A stretch of 64,000 nucleotides of DNA, from assembly GCF_009914755.1 (NCBI RefSeq), contig NC_060925.1. One strand, given 5' to 3'. The notes under the pieces are model-generated. The model ran no database searches and was not told the DNA's origin. It saw only the letters and a list, made by a program, of their open reading frames with translations. A program made the translations under genes and the position numbers. Below are positions 47,511-64,000 of this stretch, in pieces. Position 1 is the first letter of the stretch. The number at the start of each line of letters is the position of its first letter. Origin of the DNA: the human T2T-CHM13v2.0 reference genome, Homo sapiens.

Positions 47511-48186
47511 TTAATAAAGAATAGTGTTAATAATGTTAATACTATTTATTATATACAAAGGACATTAATAAATACTAGTATTAATATTATTATAGAACGA
47601 AGAAATAACTGGATGCTTGTATGGGAACGACATGATGAAAGTATAGTTTAAGAAAAGTTAATCTACTGTTGTGTTATATATAGAGACCTCAGAGACACCA
47701 TCTAAGAGGCCGATAGAGTTTTCCAAATATAAAGTGATGATAACTTGGCCTAGGATAGTACTTAATGTAATACGATAGGGGCAGGTGTAATAGAAAAATG
47801 CCAAAATTAGTCTGTAAGTCATAACGATTATTTAACAAAGAGACTAAAGTTTTGTATGTAAGTCAAGAGCAGGGAATGGTGTGGATGATAATTGGGAATT
47901 AGGTAAAAGGTACTAAGATAATTTAATGATTAAAAGAAAAGGGCATACTGTCAACTTTTTAATACTGTGAGTTTCATATAAAATGTAATGTCTTTTGGAA
48001 ATAATTGATAGCTCTGTATATCTTACCTTTTAATATCCTGTTTCGGATCTTGATATTGCCCACTGTTGCTTGCTATCTATTTCTTAGATGAGCTGAAATT
48101 ATTATTTTTTTAAGTAAGTGACTCTTTTGTTATTCAGCAGCATTCAGTTCTTTGTTTACATTTTTCTTTTCTTTATTTATTTATGC

Positions 48187-48477
48187 ATTTTTTTTAAGAC
48201 AAGAGTTTCACTCTGTCACCCAGGCTGGAATGCAGGTGGGATCTTGGCTCAGTGCAACCTCCACCTTCCAGGTTCAAGTGATTCTCCTCCCTCAGCTACC
48301 CAAGTAGCTGGCATTACAGGAGCATGCCACCATGCCTGGATAATTTTTGTGTTTTTAGTGGAGACGAGGTTTCACCATGTTGGCCAGGCTGGTCTCGAGC
48401 TCCTGACCTCAAGTGATCCGTCTGCCTTGGCCCCCCAAAGTGCTGGGATTACAGATGTGAGCCACCACGCCTGGCCA
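48187..48477 (-). mobile_element. AluS
   Basis: Antisense Alu. Confidence 0.9.
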
Positions 48478-50214
48478 CATTTTTCTTTAAGTCTTGTTTC
48501 TTCCTGGGTGGTTTTCTGGAAAAACAGAGAACCTGCTAGACAAATTCTAAAAGAACTGTAATACTTGAAGTTTTCTTTTTTTATTTCATAAATTTCATAT
48601 ATTCCTGAGGTTTTATAACCATTCTGAAAAGTACTTGGTTGTGAATGTACAGAATAAATTACTGAAAGGATTGTTAAATTAATTTTCCAGATACTTTAAA
48701 TTTATTTTAAACAAGTTTGGGTATCTCAACTTCATGTGGAACAGAAAAGTATGGAATTGGGACAGAGAAGGAGGGACTTTTCAGAAATTAGAAAATTGTT
48801 GTGATAGATAAGGGTAAGCCATGTTTTAAACCACAAAACCACACAATTGGTAAAGGACTTGAATTACAAAAGGAAAATAAGATCCTTACAGGTACTATAC
48901 GCATATTACTTTCCATTGGCCATACTTAGTTACTGCATTATTATTCTTTTTAAAATCCCGAATTCTATCCATTTACTTAGGTTCTGTGATGGTCAAGGAA
49001 TGTCAGGAATTTTCCTTTCAGAGAGGAATAGCTTCACCTTCCTTGCTAAGACCAGTCATGTCTAGAATTAGAGTAAGCCCCAAACTATCAGTTGTAAACT
49101 CCAGAGATGCAATACTTCCTATATTCAGATTCTTAGAGTATGCCTACATTTATGTTTTATTCATATATAGTACAACATATGCACACACATCACACACATG
49201 TTGTACAACCTATATATTATAAATGTCAAAACATATATAGCATCTACATTGTATACCATTTATATGTTATGTGTATGTCTATATATGGCAATACAAATAA
49301 AAACATTTGAAATTCCAAATGGTTCATTATCTGTTTTTTGTGAAAGCTCCAGATAATAATTTTCTTATAAGTTTCTCACATTTTCAAAATGTTGATCAGT
49401 TCAACCTGTCAATTAGATTTCAGGCCACATCAATTTTACCCTCCATAAATTATCTATTTAACCTTTTATTTTTTAAGTATGTATAGTTTACAATTCTTTA
49501 ATAACAAAAAGTGCAACAACTGGTTACCTACCTGTCTTATCATACCCCAAAGCAAATAGCTTCCTAATAAGTATGTGACATAGGAAATCTTTATAAAAAG
49601 CAGTAGTGATGATAATGATAGTGATGAGTTCCTCCTCTGACTAAATCTATGGCAGATCTACTGCTTAATAATTCTTTCTCACTGAAAATTTTAATAATAC
49701 AGAATTTGTATGTTAAAACAAATCATTTTCATTCACTACAGTGTTCCAAGAAAAATGGGACTATACTGATGTATTTGTTTTGATAACAAGAATTTTTTGC
49801 TTTAGTATTTGGTTTTGTACTTTTCAGCATTTCGTTATATATTATGAATGAAAATAAGTAAAATTTGTATATGACAAATAAAGGAAATAACAGTTCAGTT
49901 TGCACTTATATGAATTTACCTGAATTGGTAGAATACAGCACCACCTCATGCCCTATATAAGAATTACAAGCTATTATTTTATTTCTGCTTTATAATGTCA
50001 AAAAATTATATCATACATGGAATTTCTTACTCTTATTCTAAAATTATTTTCAAAACTCAACCTTCTTTCATTTTTCTCTTAATACTCAAACTGTCAGCTT
50101 AATCTATAATCCTTTCAAACTGATTTATTTGAATGAGCCAGCCAATTTGTCAGTAATTTTTTCTTTTAGTTCATAACATTTTAGTCTAGGTCCTAGAGAA
50201 AAAGCTTTGTATGA

Positions 50215-50546
<332 letters not shown>

Positions 50547-51836
50547 TTGAAAAGAAATTTTAAGTTGAGTAAGCATTGTATGTTTAATAACTCTGGCAGA
50601 TCTTAAGTTGAATGTTTCCTTTTGAACAGTAGGAGCTATAAGTTCTCCTAGTGAAGTTATTTAGAATTCAAATTGATCTGTATATTACACTGAAGTTTGG
50701 TTGATATAAATAATGTGGTATTTGTCTTACTTTAATAACTGTTGTTCTACCATTTTCCAGCTATATTAATCCATATTTAATGTTATAGTATGTAGTTTGG
50801 CTGTCTTTCCAAAGAAACTCACAAATTCTCTTCTATTATAGCATTATTTTCTAGACATGGTACTTAGGAAAGACTTATAATAAAAATGTTTAACTTGTTC
50901 CCCAGTTAAATTTTATAAAGCTATGTCCTGTTAATCTGTGGCACTGCCCCAGAGGTAGCATCAGCACATTGAAAAATTCTTCCGAAATCTTTGAGTTTCC
51001 TAAATGGCACAAATTATGTTTACTACCAGTGTACCAGGCAAAGTACATTATCTTTTAAAGCTTAATTTAACCATTTTTTTAAAGCTGGGGGTAGGGCTGC
51101 TGTGCTGATGATTACAGTACAAATTTAAGAAATTTTGCAGCTACTAAATTCTACATTTTTAAAGTAAGAAAACCAAATAATTAAGTTTATCTTAACCCTT
51201 AAAAGTATGGAATCCCGATTGATAATGCCTTACCATACTTTATTGTAATATATTCATAAAGTTTATTTTAAAAACTGGCTTAAAAAATCACTGCAGATAT
51301 TTAAATGTGAAATAGAACAGAACTTAGAATATAACTTACACACTGGAGAGAAAGTAAGGAGACCTAGCTTTTGGTTCTAGTTCTGCAGTCAATTGAGAAC
51401 TATAGCTGTTCACATATATCACTTTATTTTTCAGACTTTTTTGTCAATCAAAAGAGAAGTCTGGACTAGACTGCTTTTTAGATTTCTTCTACTTTTATAA
51501 GTCTGTAATTCTAAAGTATTATCCTTTACCATTCCAAATAGGTAAATATAAAAAATATAAAATATATTGGATGAAATTCCATCTGATGCTATAATCAAAA
51601 CTGATTGAAAGCATTTAAATGTTTTCCATTTAATGTCAGAATCATAATTCAAACTGTCTCAAAGTGTAACTTGTCTAAATGCTGTATAACATTTCTTTCA
51701 TTTCTATTCTTTAGCAGTCATCACCATCCAAGGTCATGTTGATTATGTTAAGGGCAATTGGGTCTGAGGTAATGCCAGCATCTGTTGTTAGTCCATATAT
51801 ATGCCCATCCAAGAGATTTACAGGGAAGCTAAATGA

Positions 51837-52276
<440 letters not shown>

Positions 52277-53336
52277 TTAGAAACTTGGTCTAAATGTAGA
52301 GGCCAAATGTCTTGGACTCTAGACCTAATATTGCTACAAACTCCTTATAAAACTCTGAATCCATATAATCTCTGGCTACCTCAATTTTTCTGTTTATTAA
52401 AATGACTTAATTCATATCTACCCCATACTGCCTCATAGTGATGTTGTTGAAATATTATATATAATGACTTCTTTCTGTCATGGGCAATATACTTAACAAG
52501 ATAAATTTCAGTAAGTTAAGGTCACATCTTAATTTCTTAGAATTAAAAATACACATATCTTGTATACCCCAAAGGTGTGACAGTGCAGGTGATTAATGAC
52601 TGACTGAAAGCTTGAGTATAGTTCAGTTTATAATGATAAAATCTTAAAATGCAGTTTAAGAAGAAATTTCCAAAGAAAAGATAAAGATAAAAATAGAAAA
52701 CTTGTATAAATTGAGAAATAACCAAAATGAAAATAAAAGGAAATAGAGAAAATACATTCATTAACACTCACAGAGTGGTTAATATCTAAAATAGTCAAAA
52801 GAATTTATTAAAATATGTAAGAAAAATGCTAAGTCTGCAACAGAGTTATGAGAATAGGAGAATGGGTAATTTATACAAAATAAATAATAAACACATGAGG
52901 GAAATGTTCAGCCTTGGTATTAATAATCAGAGAAATTCAAATTAATGCAAAAGTTACTACAATACCATTTTTACTATCAAATACTTGAGGCATATACAAA
53001 TATATGGAATACCATAATGAATGCTTTATGTACCCACACCTTGCTTATGAAATCATCCCACATCACCCAATTTTTTTATAAAACAATACTAACCAAATAA
53101 TGGTAAAATTATTACATTATATACCATTGGTGGTATTGTAAAATTGGCAGTACTGTTTTATAAAGCACTATGGGAACACATGTCAATAGCTTTAAAAATA
53201 TACATACATTTTTGCCTAGAAGTTCTCAAGGAAATTATTCATCAGAAGAAAAGCATTTAGACAAAACAGTATTCTATTAATATTGTGATAAGAAATTAGA
53301 AATGACCTAAATGTCTAACATTTTAGAAATAGTTAA

Positions 53337-53671
<335 letters not shown>

Positions 53672-53719
53672 TAATCATAGAACCATTTAAATTGAAATTT
53701 TGAATATTGCATAGCAAAA

Positions 53720-55200
53720 TGGTTTTTCCTGTGGTAAAATATACAAAACATAAAATGTACCATTTTACTCATTTTTAGGTATACAGTTCTGTATCACTAA
53801 GTACATTCACACTGTTGTACAACCATCAATACCACCACCATACATCTCCAGGACTTTTTCATCTGGAACTCTATTCATTAAACAATGACTCCCCATTTCC
53901 CCCTCCCCACAGCCCCTGGCAACCACCATTCTACTTTCTGTCTCTCTGAATTTGAAGTGGTCAAATTCACTTAAACCTCATATAAGTGGAATCATACAAT
54001 ATTTGTCCTTTTGTGTCTGGCTGATTTCACTTAGCATAATGTCTTCAAGACTCATTCATGTATAGCATGTGCCAGAATTTTACTCCTTTTTAAGACTGAA
54101 TAATATTCCCTTGTATGTATTTACCATGTTTTGTTTATCTATTTTTCTGTCAATTGACATTAGGGTTGTTTCTACCTTTTGGCTATTGTGAGCAGTAATG
54201 CTATGAACATTGGCATACATACCTGTTTGAGTCTCTGCTTTTAATTCTTCTGGTTCTATACCTAGAAGCTGGAATTGCTAGGTCATATAGAATTCTAGAT
54301 TTGCTTTTTTGAGAAATTACCATACTATTATTCACAATGCTTCACCATTTTATGCATTTTATGTTCCTATCAACAATGCACAAGGGTTCCAATTTCTCCA
54401 CATACCAATACTTGTCGTTTTCTGTTTTTTTGATAATAGGTATCCTAATGGGTGTAAGGTGGTATCTCATTGAGGTTATGATTTGTCTTTCCTTAATGAT
54501 TAGTGATGTTGAGCATCTCTTCATTTGCTTATTGGCCTTCTATATATCTTCTTTAGAGAGGTGATCATTTGATGATTCCTTTGCCCATTTAAAAAATCTG
54601 GTGGTTTGTTTTGTTGTTGAATTGTAGGAGTTCTTTATATGCTCTATATATTAATCCCTTTTTGGATATGTGATTTGCAAATAATTTCTCCCATTTCATG
54701 AATTGCCTTTTCATTCTGTTGGTAGTGTCCTTTGATGCACAAAAGTTTTTAATTTTGATGAATTCCAATTTATTTGATTGTTGCTTGTGCTTTTGTTGTC
54801 ATATCTGAGAAACCATTGCCAGATCCAGCGTCAGCTTTCCCCCTATGTTTTCTTCTTAGAGTTTTATAATTTTAGCATATTTAGGTCTTCAGGTTGAGTT
54901 AATTTTTATGTGTTGCATAAGATAAGAGCCCAAATTTATTCTTTTGCAGATGGATATTCAGTTTTCCCAGCCTCATTTGTTGAAAAGACTGTCCTTGCCC
55001 TCAATGAATGATCTTGGCACCCTTTTTGAAAATCATTAGACCATATAGGCAAGGATTTATTTATGGGCTATCCATTCTGTTCTATTGTTCTGTATGTCTG
55101 TTTTCATGCTAGTACCACACCCTTTTGATTACTGTATCTTTGTAGTAAGTTTTGAAATCAGAAAGTCTGAGTCCTCTAGCTTTATTCGTTTTCAACAGCA
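53720..55200 (-). mobile_element. L1MB-type 3' portion
   Basis: cagcccctggcaaccaccattctactttctgtctct.., ORF2 C-terminal [15 protein letters not shown] on the minus strand. Confidence 0.85.
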
Positions 55201-55640
55201 AAATATTTTGGATATAAAATTAATTTTTAAAAGCAGAACATAAAGCAGTGTTTATTAAAATGTAAAAAATAGGTTTCTACATAAGGTCAGTATTAGAAAG
55301 GATTACATGAAAATCTAAGTAGGGCATTAGAATTATAGAGATTTTTAATAAAATATGAAAATAATTGTGACATAAAATAGAAAAATGAGATGTAAGTATG
55401 TTAGGATAATTTAGTCTTCTCTTAAAAATGTGAGCATGAAACCGATCTCAATGTAAATTATTTTTGCCTTTGCAGTGATATAATAAATCTTTCTATAATG
55501 AATTAGAAAACATTTATGATGTTATTATTATACAGCTAGCATACACCTTTTCAGTAGTTATCAATATTATTAAAGCCTTGAACTTATTATTTAAATATGC
55601 TTACTTACATTTCAGGTAGGCAAGCCTACTAATAAAGTGA

Positions 55641-57533
<1,893 letters not shown>

Positions 57534-57711
57534 GTGTATAATAGGATTTTGTTATGTCTGTTTTCTACCTCCTAACTATGTTGCACATTCCTGGAGAGCA
57601 ATGATTATATTTGACATTTCTTTTATATCCCCCTGTGTTTTCTCCTCATTACTATGCATACTGGAAACATTTAATAAATATTGTTTGAAATAATTTTTTC
57701 CTTCATTTCAG

Positions 57712-57853
57712 GACTGGCAACACATGCAATCAAAAGGTTGCTTCTTCTTAGAAGAAGATGGTGAAATCATTAGTCATCAGTACAGGATGCAAATAGCTCA
57801 GAGGTCCATGGTTTATCTAACAATTAAGCCATTAAACCTGAGTCAAGTTGAAG
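57712..57853 (+). CDS. EFCAB7: EFCAB7 exon 7 (DWQHMQSKGCFFLEEDG...LNLSQVE), GC donor
   Basis: cttcatttcAG acceptor, open 142 nt, donor AAG|GCAAGT; joins exon 8 in frame (G+GA=Gly). Confidence 0.94.
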
Positions 57854-58165
57854 GCAAGTTTAAGTTTTTTGTATATTTTTAAAATGTCAATTTGTACCCT
57901 CCTTGAAAGTACTTATGTAAGTATTCCATAGTCCTAGTTAGGGAAGAAAATAATCTGCCTAAGTAAGAATTTATGGTTACATTTCAAGAAAGTGTTGGCT
58001 TATACATGAACTGTGTTAATCATATGAAAAGCAAGTAGATTGCTTTATATGTTTAAAGCATGTTTTATTAAAAATAAGAACTTTTTCCAAACTTTTCTAC
58101 AGCTAAGATAGAAGAAAATAAAAGAAAAAAAATGTTAACTGGTTTCCTCATGATATAGAACTAAC

Positions 58166-58463
58166 TTTTTTTTTTTTTGAGACGGAGTCTCCCTCTGTTG
58201 CCCAGGCTGGAGTGCAGTGGCTCGATCTTGGCTCACTGCAACCTCCGCCTCCTGGATTCAAGTGATTCTCCTGCCTCAGCCTCCCCGAGTAGCTGGGACT
58301 ACAGGTGCACACCACCTCGCCCGCCTAATCTTTTTGTATTTTTAGTAGAGACAGGGTTTCACCATGTTGGCCAATCTGGTCTCAAACTCCTGACCTCAGG
58401 TGATCCACCCGCTTCGGCCTCTCAAAGGGCTGGGATTATAGGTGTGAGCCACCATGCCCAGCC
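58166..58463 (-). mobile_element. AluS
   Basis: TSD AGAACTAA(C/G)TTTTT. Confidence 0.9.
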
Positions 58464-59039
58464 AGAACTAAGTTTTTATTTGCTAATTAATCTTAGCTTT
58501 TTCCATTTGTCAATTTTTAAAATTAATATGTCAAAGAGAAGTACTGCAAGGGGATAATTTGGAACAATATGAAGCTGAAAGTATTTTTAAATACCTTCAA
58601 AACCCTTTGTCTGTGACTTAGACAATATTTATTAATAATCTTTGTATTCATGGTAATATTCTAGATAAAAATACTTTTCTAGTGTCTAAAATGGTTATGT
58701 AATTTTTAAGCAATGAAAGATATCTATCTATAAGGGTGATTTCCCTAGATAACCTTTTTTAATGTTGGCTGTTCTAAATCAATATTTATTTTTCTTTTAT
58801 AATGTTTACATACAAGCATTTTCTTACTAAAGGATTCCCACCTCCCCATTCTTTTTCCCTCCTAAAGTAGAGATTTTGAAAGTTTTCACTGCATCTCTTG
58901 TGGGATACGTATAATGTTTGGCAGATGATACTTTTAAATGACAATAACAATAGTTATTTTTCAGAGAGAGGAATCAAGATAGCCCTGCAAATTCAGTGTA
59001 GTTGTTAATTCTCTGTATTCTTATTAACAAGATTCCTTT

Positions 59040-62000
59040 ATTCATTTATTTATCAAATAGTTATCGAGGGCCTTATATACCAGACATCAGTTTAGGTGTT
59101 TAGGATACATTAGAGTTAAAAAAAGACAAAAATCCCTGCCCTCGTCAACTTAAATTTTAGTGAGGGAAACAATACATAATAAACATAATAAATAGTAAAT
59201 GACATGGTATGTAGGAAAGTGATAAGTGTTATGGGAAAATCAGAGGGAAAGGGGGTTAGTGAGTGCTGAGGGAATGTGGGTTGCCATTGAAATGGAGTGG
59301 TTAGTATATGCTTCATTAAGAAGGTGTCATATGAATAAAGACTTTGAAAGAGATGTATGAGTTACCAACTGCTACATAAAAAACTACCCCAAAACTCAGT
59401 GGCTTAAAACAATTAAACATTTGTTCACTCATGAATCAGTAGATCTGTTAGTTCTTAGTCTGAGCCAGGCTTGTTTTTTCTCTATAGGGCTTGCTCACAC
59501 AGTTATGGTTAGCTACAGGTTAGCTGGTGGCTGGCTTTGCTAATCTTGGCTGGGTTCTTTCTTACGTATGAAGTCCCATCTGGGACAACTTGACTCAGCC
59601 TCATATGATCTTTAATAATCCTTCAGTAAACTAGCCTGGACCTGTTCTCTTGGCACAATAGGATCTCCTGAGGTTTGGGCTCAGAACCAGCACAATGTTA
59701 CTTCGTTATATTCTGTTGCTCACAGAAAGTCACAAGGCAAGTCCAGATTCATAGGCTGGGGAAATAGACTTGATCTCTTGATGGAAAAGCTGCAAAGTCA
59801 CATTGCAAAAGGCTGTAGATACTGAGGGGGACAGCCATTTTTGCTGTCTTCCACAGAAGGCAAGGGAGTAAGCCTTGTGGGTGTATGGTGCTGGAAGGGA
59901 TGGGTGAAGAGTGGAGGAGGTGGCAGAGTATTCCAGGTAGACAGAATACTCTGTGCAGAGGCTCTGTGAGAGTGTACTGGTGTTAAAAGAACAGAGGCTA
60001 GAGTGTCTCAAATGGAGTAAGTGAGGAGAGAGTTGTAGGAGATGAAACCAGGGAGAAACAAGGACAAAATCAGGAAGAGGTTTCTTTTTGCCATAATTAG
60101 GACTTGGGCTTTTGATCAGAGAAATGAGGTTTCCCCCTCGTTTTTTGTGAGTTTTATTCTCCATATATAAGGTCAAGATTTTATCTTAATCTTTCATTTT
60201 CAGCAGTTTGACTGTGTGTCTAGGTAGTTTTTGTTTTTGTTGTTGATGCTGTTGCCTGGGTTTTTTTGTTTTTTGGTATTAATCCTGCTTGGGGTTCTCT
60301 GAGCTTCTTGGATATGTGGCTTGTTGCCTTTCATTATTTTTAGAAAATCCTCTGCCTTATTTCTTCAAATATTTCTTCTGCCCTCTTTCTTCTTCTTCCA
60401 CTTGTATGGTACCTGACATCTCTTCCTGTTCTGCTCCACCACAGGTAAGCCAGTGCTTGCATCTCGTCTCTCCTGGGAAAGATCTGTCTTTCCTTGGATT
60501 TTAAGCTTATAGTTGTCCTGTAACCCCAGCTCTGATGGGATCAAGAAAAGTTATGATTTTGTAGTTCATTAACTTTTTCTTATTGTTAGGAAAGGAGCAA
60601 TATTCTCCCAACTCTGCTCCATTAGAGGGTTTTGAGTAGAAGGCAGGACATAATCTGATTTATATTTTAACAAGAGCAGTTAGGTTACTGTATTGAAAGT
60701 AGGTAGAAGGCAGGGTTGGCTCTAACGAATTTGAATGAGGAGCCTCAGCACTTTTCGGCGCCATTTTCGAGTGATACCTGATCTCATCAATCTAGCGGAA
60801 GAGACAGGATAACCTATCCAAGAGTATAGCGCCACTATGACTCCGCCGGAAAAATTACTTTAAAAATCGCCAAAAATTACTTGGAGCAAAGGGCAGTAGG
60901 CGGAGCTTCGCCAAGGCTGGCGCAGTCGGTTTTGACCTGTAGCAGAGAACCAATTCTGGAGAACAGCCTCACTTCTTTGATTGAATACTCACATAATGCT
61001 TTGGAACAGGACATGAGATTAAGGTTTAATAATGATAGAATGAAGACCATAATAAAAGAGACCTCTACTTACCTCAGCAATTCTTACCTTTCTTACCTAT
61101 TTGATGAAGATGTCTTTTGAAAGGTGTACTGCAAGGAACAAAATGTTTGTAAATTCTGCTTTTACCAAGGTTTCTTTTTTAGTTGATGCCAAAGAGTTCC
61201 AATATTGAACATCTTAAGTCTGTTACTTGGAGTATGGATTGAGTTTGGAGCTTACTCAGAGGACTACAGGAGAGTATCCAGGAGGTGGATAATTACTGTA
61301 CCTTCCTCATGGAAAAAGTTTTATTTAAAGTGTTATTTCTCGTTGAATACTATCAAAAAGGAAAAAAAAATGACCTAAACTTTTGAGACAGATTTGGCTC
61401 TAGTAAGTATTTAGATATATCGCTTGCATATCTGGGAGAAGAAATAAGAGACTATCATCAATACATTCCCATCTACTAAAAAATTTTATTTTACACATGT
61501 CAAGGGATTACTTATAACTTCCATTGTCTTTTTTTTAAGCCTATATGCAATGAAAAATATATTGGCAAAATAAATATTTAAACCTTTTATGTTAAAATTA
61601 CTGTGAAAGATGACAAGTTAGCTGCTGTTTTTGTCTACATTATACTGAAATTAAATGTTTATAATTTATATTTTGGGTTTATTTATTTATAAATCATGGA
61701 ATTTATGCAAAAAACATGAGTAGTACAGATTCTCCTCTAATTCTGTAGGACTTTGAATAATGTGATATTTTTCTTATAGTTGGACCCTTGTGTTTTGAAG
61801 AAATGCCAACTGCTTGAAGAATTTCCTTGTTATTTGTATTATTTGCTATAGGGTTAGATGTTGAGAAATTCTTCTGACAAAAAATTTTAAGCCAGTTTTA
61901 CACTAAATATTCCTTAGTCTGATTAATTTGTTATTGGATGTATTCTGTATCTTTCTTTTGTAATTTGTAACTTTTATCCACTTAGCACGAATGATTCTAT

Positions 62001-62850
62001 TGAAGAAAATCTTTAGGAAGTGGTAGAAACTTTAAATCGCCCCATAGTTTGCCTGTTTCCACATTTTATTATCTTATAATCTTTGGGAGTGCTTACACTT
62101 ATGGAGCTAACATTTTCAGAGATACAGGTTCTCATAGTACTACTAAAACTTTTTTCCTCTTTGGACTGAATACCTATGATTATAACTATACAGTAGTTTA
62201 AGTTTCCTTGTGATTAGTCAAAAATACCATTTTAGTATGAAGCAATGAAGTCTATTATTTGTTGTCCCATAATTGAGAAACTTAGATACACCTTTTATTA
62301 AGAGTTTGTAAATTCTAGCTTAGTCTACACAGATTTTTATATCAATTTGTTTATATTTTTATTAATGTCATTTCTGGAATTGTGAAAATGTTAATGTTCG
62401 ACAAGCAACATTAAAAATAGATTTGAAACATTAAAAAAAAAAAAAGAAAGTAGATGGAAGGATACGCAGGAGAAAGCAAGGAATCCAGCTGGGACATTAT
62501 TGTAGAATTCTAGAAGAGGACTGGCAATGCTTTGAACCAGGATGTTGGTGGGAGATGGGGTAGTAGAGATTCTGGGTATATTTTGAAGGCAGAACCATAG
62601 GATTTCCTAAGGATTGGTCTTGGTATGTGAGAAAAGAAAAGAGTTAAAGAAGATTCCAAGATTTTTGACCTGAGCAACTGGAAAGACTGAGTTACCATTA
62701 ACTGAGATGGGCAGCGTTTTAAAAAAAGACTAGGGAAGTCCAGTTTTGGAAATAGAAATCTAGGTAGAAATGTTAAATACACAGTTATATGGGTCTAACA
62801 TTCAGAGGAAAGATCCTAAAGATATAAATTTTGGGGTTGTCAGCACATAG
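59040..62850 (-). mobile_element. L2 element fragments, interrupted by an MLT1-like LTR (~59350-59860), an L1M fragment (~60160-60620) and DLEU2L
   Basis: ttcatttatttatcaaatagttatcgagg 3' end; attttgaaggcagaacc..gatttttgacctgagcaactggaaag..ccattaactgagatggg. Confidence 0.7.
60711..62445 (+). pseudogene. DLEU2L: DLEU2L, processed retrocopy of the DLEU2 lncRNA inside EFCAB7 intron 7
   Basis: DLEU2-like sequence (MRLRFNNDRMK.., MKMSFERCTARNK..), ATTAAA 62410-62415, A-tail 62433-62445. TSD GAAAGTAGGTAGAAGG (60695-60710) / GAAAGTAGATGGAAGG (62446-62461), 14/16 identical. Confidence 0.9.
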
Positions 62851-63106
62851 ATGTCTGGCATCTCTTCCTCGTGTGCTCCACCACAGGTAAGCCAGTACTT
62901 AAATCCTCTTTTTTTTCTGAAAATCTCTGTTTTTCCTTGGATTTCAGGCTAATTGGTTGCCCTGCAACCTCAGCTTTTGATGAGTTCAAGAAAAGTTATG
63001 ATTTTTAGAAAGTGAGTATATAGAAAATGTTTCTCACAAGGTTGCTGTATTTAGGTTTGTGCCTTATTGCAAATGCTATCATGTTTACACATAAAAATGG
63101 AATATG

Positions 63107-63487
<381 letters not shown>

Positions 63488-63520
63488 TTAAGGTGTTTGG
63501 GCTTTTTTTTTTGTTTGTAG

Positions 63521-63630
63521 GAAAACCATCCCCTTGGTTATCCGTTGATACTGCCTTGTATATTCTCAAGGAAAATGAGAGTCAAGCAAATCTACAGCTT
63601 GTGTGTTTTACCGAACTACGAAATAGAGAA
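63521..63630 (+). CDS. EFCAB7: EFCAB7 exon 8 (GKPSPWLSVDTALYILKENESQANLQLVCFTELRNRE)
   Basis: Poly-T gtAG acceptor, 110 nt, weak donor GAA|GTATAC; cumulative 1056 nt = 352 codons. Confidence 0.92.
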
Positions 63631-63868
63631 GTATACATATTTATTTTCTAATGTTTAATTTTTAAATATAGTATGAACTGCAGTTTGGGGAAAGTATGTT
63701 TCTGTATTTTATTTTTTAAGCTTTCATATACCTTCCAATTAAGGTATAAACAGCACTTAAACACTATAGATATTATATGTTTTTAATTTAATCATATTAA
63801 ATTAAATTAAATAATTATAAGGATTTTTTCTTGTTTGCTGCGATTTCTTAAGAATTAAGGATGGGAGG

Positions 63869-64000
63869 AGCTGGGCATGGTGGCATGCACCTGAAGTCCC
63901 TGCTACTTGGGAAACTGAAGCAGGAGGATTACTTGAGCCCAGGAGTTCAAAGCCATATTATTCTATGATCTTACCTGTGAATAGCCACTGTACTTCAGCC
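63869..64000 (+). mobile_element. FAM (fossil Alu monomer), running off the window end
   Basis: ctatgatc..cctgtgaatagccactgtacttcagcc is FAM-diagnostic. Confidence 0.8.

Noticed and set aside
60711-62445. miR-15a/16-1 copies within DLEU2L
   Set aside because: These miRNAs are intronic in DLEU2, so a spliced retrocopy should lack them. I saw no TAGCAGCAC-type mature sequence here.
63629-63640. U12-type (minor) intron after EFCAB7 exon 8
   Set aside because: GTATACAT/ATACATAT does not match the RTATCCTT consensus, so it is treated as a weak U2 donor.
63869-64000. 7SL RNA gene
   Set aside because: It lacks the S domain, is CpG-decayed, and fits a FAM Alu monomer.

Overview
Primate (human-like) genomic DNA matching the ITGB3BP/EFCAB7 head-to-head locus, which I recall as human 1p31.3. 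ITGB3BP (CENP-R/NRIF3) is on the minus strand: coding exons 1-3 at 34924-34928, 20328-20370 and 1883-2018, plus an in-frame Alu-derived cassette exon at 21865-21981. EFCAB7 is on the plus strand: non-coding exon 1 ending at 35429 and coding exons 2-8 between 37368 and 63630 (352 codons, all joining in frame). Both genes continue beyond the window, and they share a CpG-island bidirectional promoter at about 34.9-35.45 kb. EFCAB7 intron 7 is GC-AG and holds the sense-oriented processed DLEU2 copy DLEU2L (60711-62445, poly-A tail and TSD visible). The rest is intronic and rich in Alu, L1, L2, MIR, LTR and DNA-transposon relics. I found no convincing novel biological system. The best leads are splicing/polyadenylation architecture, promoter and uORF features, nested retro-insertions and an unidentified retrocopy-like fragment. 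Gene and repeat-subfamily names come from recognition, not database searches; repeat boundaries are approximate.
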